Source of the DNA: a virus
Lineage: Duplodnaviria; Caudoviricetes
Length of the DNA stretch: 60,816 nucleotides
Virus record (IMG/VR): IMGVR_UViG_3300020042_005302
Span: 1-60,816 of that record
Reading direction: 5' to 3' (one strand)
Shown: positions 56,286-60,816 of the stretch, in pieces
Numbering within the stretch: the first letter of the stretch is position 1
Layout: every line of letters starts with the position of its first letter
The notes under the pieces: generated by a model
Told to the model about the DNA's origin: nothing
Database searches by the model: none
Seen by the model: the letters and a program-made list of their open reading frames with translations, nothing else
Made by a program: the position numbers and the translations under genes

Positions 56286-56492
56286 ATGCACAAGCTTACA
56301 CCTAGAGAAAAAGAGGTCATTATTGCAATTGGCAATAAGATGACCTCTAAGCAAATAGCTACAGCTTTATCCTTAAGTCCACGCACAATCCATGCTTACC
56401 TAGAAAACATATATTGGAAACTTGGAGTGAGTGGACCAAAAGCAAGACTTGAAGCTTACAACGTAGCTCTTAAAAATAATTTACTTGACTAG
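56286..56492 (+). CDS. Stand-alone LuxR/GerE-family HTH regulator
   Basis: LTPREKEV...TSKQIATALSLSPRTIHAYLENIYWKLGV. Confidence 0.9.
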   Translation: MHKLTPREKEVIIAIGNKMTSKQIATALSLSPRTIHAYLENIYWKLGVSGPKARLEAYNVALKNNLLD

Positions 56493-56884
56493 TCCGCAAA
56501 TGGATCATCGATATCATCCATTGGAATACTTCCAGCTGGCTTAGGATTTGGCGGAGGAGCCTGACCGTCTTGTTCTTTACGGGAATCAAGTAATGTCCAT
56601 TGATCAACTAATACTTTGACACCTTGACGCTTTGCGCCTTCTTTATCAGTGTAGTTGTCAATCTGGATTTTTCCAGTAATAGCAATGAGCCTACCTTTTT
56701 GAGCGTATGTACCTAGAGCATCTGCGGTCTGGCCAAATGCAGTACAGCTAAAAAAGTCTGTTTCTTTTTCTCGCCCTTTACGATCAACTGCAATACGAAT
56801 ATTACAAAGACCCTTACCATTACTTGACTGCTTGTGTTCTGGGTCTGCAACAAGGCGTCCAATTAATGTAACATGATTCAGCAT
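56489..56884 (-). CDS. ssb: Single-stranded DNA-binding protein (start MLNHV)
   Basis: LIGRLVADPE, ETDFF, KGRLIAITG, acidic DDIDDPF tail; AGAGGA RBS. Confidence 0.95.
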   Translation of the reverse strand: MLNHVTLIGRLVADPEHKQSSNGKGLCNIRIAVDRKGREKETDFFSCTAFGQTADALGTYAQKGRLIAITGKIQIDNYTDKEGAKRQGVKVLVDQWTLLDSRKEQDGQAPPPNPKPAGSIPMDDIDDPFAD

Positions 56885-56902
56885 ATTGTTTCCTCTATAT
56901 GC

Positions 56903-56919
56903 ATTATACCGTAGGTAAT
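56903..56919 (-). promoter_or_regulatory. Promoter/operator ATTACCTACGGTATAAT for ssb
   Basis: Identical to the 10356 copy. Confidence 0.75.
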
Positions 56920-56962
56920 GCGCTAGATGTGTACAGTAGTATAATTGAGGCAGAGGTGATCT

Positions 56963-57109
56963 ATGATACGTGGAATGATTGAACAAGCAATGATGAAGGG
57001 CAAGACCATGAAAAAGGGTATGTCCAAAGGTATGAAAAAGGGCAAGTCCGTTCCTGCAAAAGAGAAGAAGGCTTGCCCTTACTGTAAATCTGCAAACTGT
57101 AAGTGTTAA
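56963..57109 (+). CDS. 48-aa Lys/Met-rich peptide with C-terminal CPYC...CKC
   Basis: TATAAT at 56940-56945, GAGGTG RBS; below track cutoff. Confidence 0.7.
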   Translation: MIRGMIEQAMMKGKTMKKGMSKGMKKGKSVPAKEKKACPYCKSANCKC

Positions 57110-57381
57110 TCCACAGGATCTAACTCTAACGGTTTTATATCACTGGATAGAAGCCCAGATGCAAACTCTTGAAGCTTCTGGGCTTTATGTCTATCCTTAA
57201 ATAATGCAGCACCTAAAAACCAGATGGCTTTAAGTATGTCATTATTATAAGTGTTGCCAGGTTTGTCACCAGCTCGCTCTATATACTTAACGCAAGAGAA
57301 TTCTTCAGGCGTAAGATCCCATTCCCAAGCAAGTTCAATTGCCTGTATGCGATGCTTTCCGTAATGCCTATTATCTACCAT
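57106..57381 (-). CDS. DUF3310-like protein
   Basis: HY...QAIE...KYIERAG.K...DILKAIWFL. Confidence 0.7.
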   Translation of the reverse strand: MVDNRHYGKHRIQAIELAWEWDLTPEEFSCVKYIERAGDKPGNTYNNDILKAIWFLGAALFKDRHKAQKLQEFASGLLSSDIKPLELDPVD

Positions 57382-57848
57382 TAATAGTCACCAGTGCTTC
57401 CAAAACCACCCTTGCCACGCACTACTGATGGCTCATCAACATCAAATAAAACGCCAGTTCGTACATCTACTGGATTTATGATAACAACTGGAGCAATTAC
57501 AAGCTGAGCTATTGCCATTCCATTTAGAACAATAAAATCTTCTTGTGAAGCATTTTGTAACAACACTTTGATATTGCCTTGATAATCACGGTCTATTGTT
57601 CCGGGTGAGTTAAGTACAAATATTCCATACTTATAAGCCATACCAGACCTAGATCTCACTTGGGCTTCATAACCTTCTGGAATCTTAATTACCCACCCAG
57701 TTTCAATAAGCGCACGAGCACCGGGTTTAATTACAACTCGCTTGTCAATATATGCCTTGAGATCTACACCACTAGACAAATCTGTTTTACGTATCGGTAA
57801 TGATCCTTCATTGTCTTTTCCATTCCAAATAAATTCAACCTGCAGCAT
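57381..57848 (-). CDS. dut: Trimeric dUTPase
   Basis: SGVDL, RSRSG, GTIDRDYQG, IAQLV, RGKGGFGSTG motifs. Confidence 0.95.
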   Translation of the reverse strand: MLQVEFIWNGKDNEGSLPIRKTDLSSGVDLKAYIDKRVVIKPGARALIETGWVIKIPEGYEAQVRSRSGMAYKYGIFVLNSPGTIDRDYQGNIKVLLQNASQEDFIVLNGMAIAQLVIAPVVIINPVDVRTGVLFDVDEPSVVRGKGGFGSTGDY

Positions 57849-58086
57849 TTTTGTTATTCATTTCCTCAATGCGTTCAACAAGTTCACCAATAACATGGTT
57901 TTGAAAATCAATAAACCACTTATTTGGGACTTTGACTCCATTCCTCATAGCAGTGTTTAGCAAAGCAATTGCGCCAACGTTTTCACATTGCGTAGACTCA
58001 CCGTTCTTATTGGTAATAACGTAACGCTTGGATGGCGTCAACTCAACATCAACATCACTATCTCGGCCAATACGTAACATATACAT
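57835..58086 (-). CDS. Hypothetical protein
   Basis: GGGAG RBS, 83 aa. Confidence 0.7.
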   Translation of the reverse strand: MYMLRIGRDSDVDVELTPSKRYVITNKNGESTQCENVGAIALLNTAMRNGVKVPNKWFIDFQNHVIGELVERIEEMNNKNAAG

Positions 58087-58097
58087 AGCTAATCTCC

Positions 58098-58739
58098 CTA
58101 TTCCGACTTTAAATAATACTTTTCAAACGCATCTGCGGTGCATGGTAATACTTTTTTAATTACATTCCAGCAATCTGTAGCAATCTCGCGATGTTCTGTT
58201 TGAGTATGAGAATCCATGCGTACGCGGCAATAGTGCAGCCAATCGCGTACAGTCCCCTTCATGTAAAGGCGTGTGCCAACACACAATGGCAAGATCATTC
58301 TAGCTGACTCTAACGCAACGCCAGAATCAACAAGGTCGTTATATGACCTAATTGCATACAACACTGGGGCTAAGGCCTTGTTATCCATTTGAAACTGGGT
58401 TTCAGGATCATCAAACATAACGCTACCCTGCCTGTTTGTGCTACCCTTGCGTCGCATTACAGGTAGGTCTAATTCAATCTTTCCGGGATTCGCATAGCGT
58501 TGACTAAACTCTTGGAAGTGAAAGCTCCTGTGTCGCAAGATCTGTGCTGCAATAGCCCTTGATGTGTAGATCTCCATTACAACGTCTACCATTTCAAATA
58601 CAGACCAGTGGCCTTCCTTCATGCAGTAGTTGAGTAAACGCTCATAATCAGGGTTGTTCTCGTTGTCTGATGATACACGTGCAAGGTGAATCATAAACTC
58701 TTCTGCGTCAGGTTGTACGTACTTTAATGTTGCTGCCAT
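58098..58739 (-). CDS. thyX: Flavin-dependent thymidylate synthase (start MAATL)
   Basis: GHWSVFE, QILRHRSFHFQEFSQRY, ARMILP, Q.EHR; GGAG RBS. Confidence 0.95.
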   Translation of the reverse strand: MAATLKYVQPDAEEFMIHLARVSSDNENNPDYERLLNYCMKEGHWSVFEMVDVVMEIYTSRAIAAQILRHRSFHFQEFSQRYANPGKIELDLPVMRRKGSTNRQGSVMFDDPETQFQMDNKALAPVLYAIRSYNDLVDSGVALESARMILPLCVGTRLYMKGTVRDWLHYCRVRMDSHTQTEHREIATDCWNVIKKVLPCTADAFEKYYLKSE

Positions 58740-58750
58740 CTTTTTCTCCA

Positions 58751-58831
58751 TACCCCAGACGGGACTTGAACCCGTACACCTTGCGGTAACAGATTTTAAG
58801 TCTGCCGTGTCTACCGTTTCACCACCGGGGC
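58751..58831 (-). tRNA. trnL: tRNA-Leu(UAA), CCA not encoded
   Basis: GCCCCGG/CTGGGGT acceptor, GCAGA-CTTAAAA-TCTGT anticodon arm, long variable arm, ACGGG-TTCAAGT-CCCGT T-arm. Confidence 0.93.
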
Positions 58832-58838
58832 TTGACTG

Positions 58839-58855
58839 ATTATACCGTAGGTAAT
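58839..58855 (-). promoter_or_regulatory. Promoter/operator ATTACCTACGGTATAAT for tRNA-thyX-dut
   Basis: 21-nt identity with the 10356 copy including downstream CAGT. Confidence 0.75.
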
Positions 58856-58871
58856 TGTGGTGAGAATAGGG

Positions 58872-59147
58872 TTAGCACTTTGGTTTATTTGATTTCATGC
58901 TTTGGTCTCTATTACGGCTAAAAGACCTATTAGCTGATGGTGTCTTAAGTGTAAGATTTGAAGCAGCATTAGTACCACCTTTGGACAGTGGTTTCTTGTG
59001 ATCTATGTCTTTACCAGTGCGGTTAATGCCTTTAGCATCCATGGCCCTACGAGCCCTCTGTCGCTCCATACGCAGAGGATGTTCGGCTCTGGCGACCTGT
59101 TGCTCATATTCCTTTTTATATGGCCGTGCTTTGTTAACGTAAGGCAT
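58872..59147 (-). CDS. HNH endonuclease-like protein
   Basis: DIDHKKPLSKGGTN...NL...N. Confidence 0.8.
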   Translation of the reverse strand: MPYVNKARPYKKEYEQQVARAEHPLRMERQRARRAMDAKGINRTGKDIDHKKPLSKGGTNAASNLTLKTPSANRSFSRNRDQSMKSNKPKC

Positions 59148-59536
59148 TATCTATACCTAGATGTTTTTTGTGCAATTGACTTTGGTTGTGCAACAAACTG
59201 TTTACCAGCCTTGTTACCAGCAGCCTTAGCTTTGTTTGTAGCTGCTTTTTCCGCAGCTGATAAGCCGCTCCAAGCTTTATCAGGTAGATATCGTTTCTTA
59301 CCTTCAGATGGTTTATTGTCACTTGTGCGCCACTTTTGATCAGTCCATTTACTTAAACTATTGTCACTAGACTTAGGACCAACATAGCCACCGCCAGAAG
59401 ATTTGTATTTTTGAGTAGCAAGTTGTGCTTTACGAGCTGACCATTCACCGGGGTCTCCGCCTTTAGTACCAGCTTTAACACTAGCTACAATACGTTTCCA
59501 TTTACCGGGATCAGTCTTCTCCGCGCTTGCCATCAT
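59147..59536 (-). CDS. DUF5872-like basic protein
   Basis: GTKGGDPGEWSARKAQL...GGGY...WTDQKWRT...RYLP. Confidence 0.75.
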   Translation of the reverse strand: MMASAEKTDPGKWKRIVASVKAGTKGGDPGEWSARKAQLATQKYKSSGGGYVGPKSSDNSLSKWTDQKWRTSDNKPSEGKKRYLPDKAWSGLSAAEKAATNKAKAAGNKAGKQFVAQPKSIAQKTSRYR

Positions 59537-59771
59537 AATCTCCCTTGTGTTCTACAATTTCGATTCCATCAAGACGCGATAATTTCCACATAGCAAAATA
59601 TTTAGGCATATTAGATTTGTTTAAATCATCATCATCTATATCTTGGCTGTCACACCAATCTCGAAAGTCAAAGTAGTCCTTTACATCACATACTTTATGC
59701 CATATAAGCATCACTGCACTACATGCAGCAAACCCTAGAAGGAATGAATTTATATAGAATGGGTAGAACAT
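59511..59771 (-). CDS. Small membrane protein
   Basis: N-terminal hydrophobic helix; TAATG coupling. Confidence 0.65.
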   Translation of the reverse strand: MFYPFYINSFLLGFAACSAVMLIWHKVCDVKDYFDFRDWCDSQDIDDDDLNKSNMPKYFAMWKLSRLDGIEIVEHKGDYDGKRGED

Positions 59772-60664
59772 TAAATCTCCAGCGTATCTCTTACGACTAC
59801 CGTAGTGCCTTTACCGCGCACGTCTCTAGAATGTGCTGCCGTTAATGTAAGCATAAGTCCACCTTTAGGAAGAGTGGGAGAATCCCACAGTGCAGCATAT
59901 GAATCTTTGCGTCCATGCTTTAGCAACTGCTCACTAGTCGTTCCTACGTATGTATCAAAATAAGATCCAGTACGCAATGTAAGTACATCCCGCGTCATTA
60001 CTCTATTCTCAGGTACAACAACACTCTTGTTGAAGGTTATCTTGTTATCTCTACCAGCTTGCCTATGATGCGTATGTCCACGCCATATAGCATCTGCGCC
60101 TTCTATCCACATAGCAGCCCTTGAGAAGGTGATAGCACCTTTAGTTACTGGCGCGGCGCCCCCGGCTCCATGGTGATAGTGAATGACGTAGTGTCCGTAA
60201 TGAGTGTCGCTGTAAGGATGCAATTGTACATGAATGAAGCCGTGATATCCGCCATATTGAATCTTACCGTCTGCCCCATTTAACATTACTACTAAATGCT
60301 TAACAGGTTCAATGTGGTGGTATCGTGCAACCGCATCATCATGGTTACCGTCACCAATCATAATGATGTCATCTTTATAAGGAGCTAGTATTTCATACGC
60401 CCACCTTATAGACTCACCAAGCATATCGTCACCAGCTTCGTATAAGCGAGGGTGAAGATTGTTTGCTCGGTATCGCTTACGATCACCGGGTAGCACTGCA
60501 TCAAAAACGTCTCCGTTGATGAGTATCTTAGCTCCACGCTTCTTGGCGTCAGCTAATTCCTTATCAATTAATTTGTAATCTACATGTAATCCACCAATAT
60601 GTAAATCACTCATCAAACACAAGATAACGGGATTCTGTTCTGTCTGATACTCAATGACTGTCAT
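59771..60664 (-). CDS. Calcineurin-like metallophosphoesterase
   Basis: SDLH, NGD, GNHD, HHG, GHTH motifs; AGGAG RBS. Confidence 0.88.
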   Translation of the reverse strand: MTVIEYQTEQNPVILCLMSDLHIGGLHVDYKLIDKELADAKKRGAKILINGDVFDAVLPGDRKRYRANNLHPRLYEAGDDMLGESIRWAYEILAPYKDDIIMIGDGNHDDAVARYHHIEPVKHLVVMLNGADGKIQYGGYHGFIHVQLHPYSDTHYGHYVIHYHHGAGGAAPVTKGAITFSRAAMWIEGADAIWRGHTHHRQAGRDNKITFNKSVVVPENRVMTRDVLTLRTGSYFDTYVGTTSEQLLKHGRKDSYAALWDSPTLPKGGLMLTLTAAHSRDVRGKGTTVVVRDTLEI

Positions 60665-60695
60665 TGGTGGCTCCTAGTTACTTTTTGATATTCAT

Positions 60696-60816
60696 GCCAC
60701 GATGATTTGTTTGATCATTGACAAATTCACGTAACGCTTCTCTTTGTAACGCTAATTTGATTTCACCAGATTTACCAGATGCTTCTATACGATCAAATTT
60801 CTTTTTGTAATCTGGA
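60696..60816 (+). repeat. 121-bp exact copy of 52129-52249 at the contig end
   Basis: gccacgatgatt...taatctgga identical in both places, same orientation. Confidence 0.9.

Larger units (their letters stand above)
1..60816. mobile_element. Tailed dsDNA bacteriophage (Caudoviricetes, podovirus-like), near-complete genome
   Basis: Terminase, portal, scaffold, capsid, adaptor, nozzle, ejection, lysis and replication genes in phage order; no tape measure or sheath; no host housekeeping genes. Confidence 0.95.

Noticed and set aside
52129-60816. 121-bp duplication as DGR template/variable repeat or direct terminal repeat
   Set aside because: No adenine-specific mismatches, no reverse transcriptase, no match to the left end
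1-60816. Alternative genetic code or lysogeny module
   Set aside because: TAA, TAG and TGA all end well-formed genes and long ORFs are intact under code 11; no integrase or CI/Cro pair recognised

Overview
Near-complete genome (~60.8 kb) of a tailed dsDNA phage with podovirus-like virion genes and two convergent arms. The + arm (457-16928) holds about 35 small, tightly coupled early ORFs, then recombination genes (VRR-NUC, Sak/Rad52-like annealase, Gam-like) and a lambdoid replication module (HTH initiator, loader, DnaB). The - arm (60664 down to 16908) holds nucleotide metabolism genes (metallophosphoesterase, tRNA-Leu(UAA), thyX, dut, ssb), small basic proteins, terminase, portal, scaffold, capsid, adaptors, holin, two fibre modules, nozzle, ejection proteins including a 3733-aa giant, and a CHAP endolysin. 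I saw no integrase, DNA polymerase, RNA polymerase or reverse transcriptase. The most unusual signals are non-coding: (1) three ~41-nt anticodon-less mini-tRNA elements with covarying stems and an apparent G19:C56 to A:U tertiary covariation; (2) three copies of a 29-nt H-type pseudoknot between stop codons and ribosome-binding sites; (3) a five-copy palindromic TACY-TAC-RGTA site fused to -10 boxes, one of them in front of a stand-alone LuxR-type HTH gene; (4) an iteron/ori-like segment 11 kb away from the initiator gene. All calls come from reading the sequence by eye; no searches were run.
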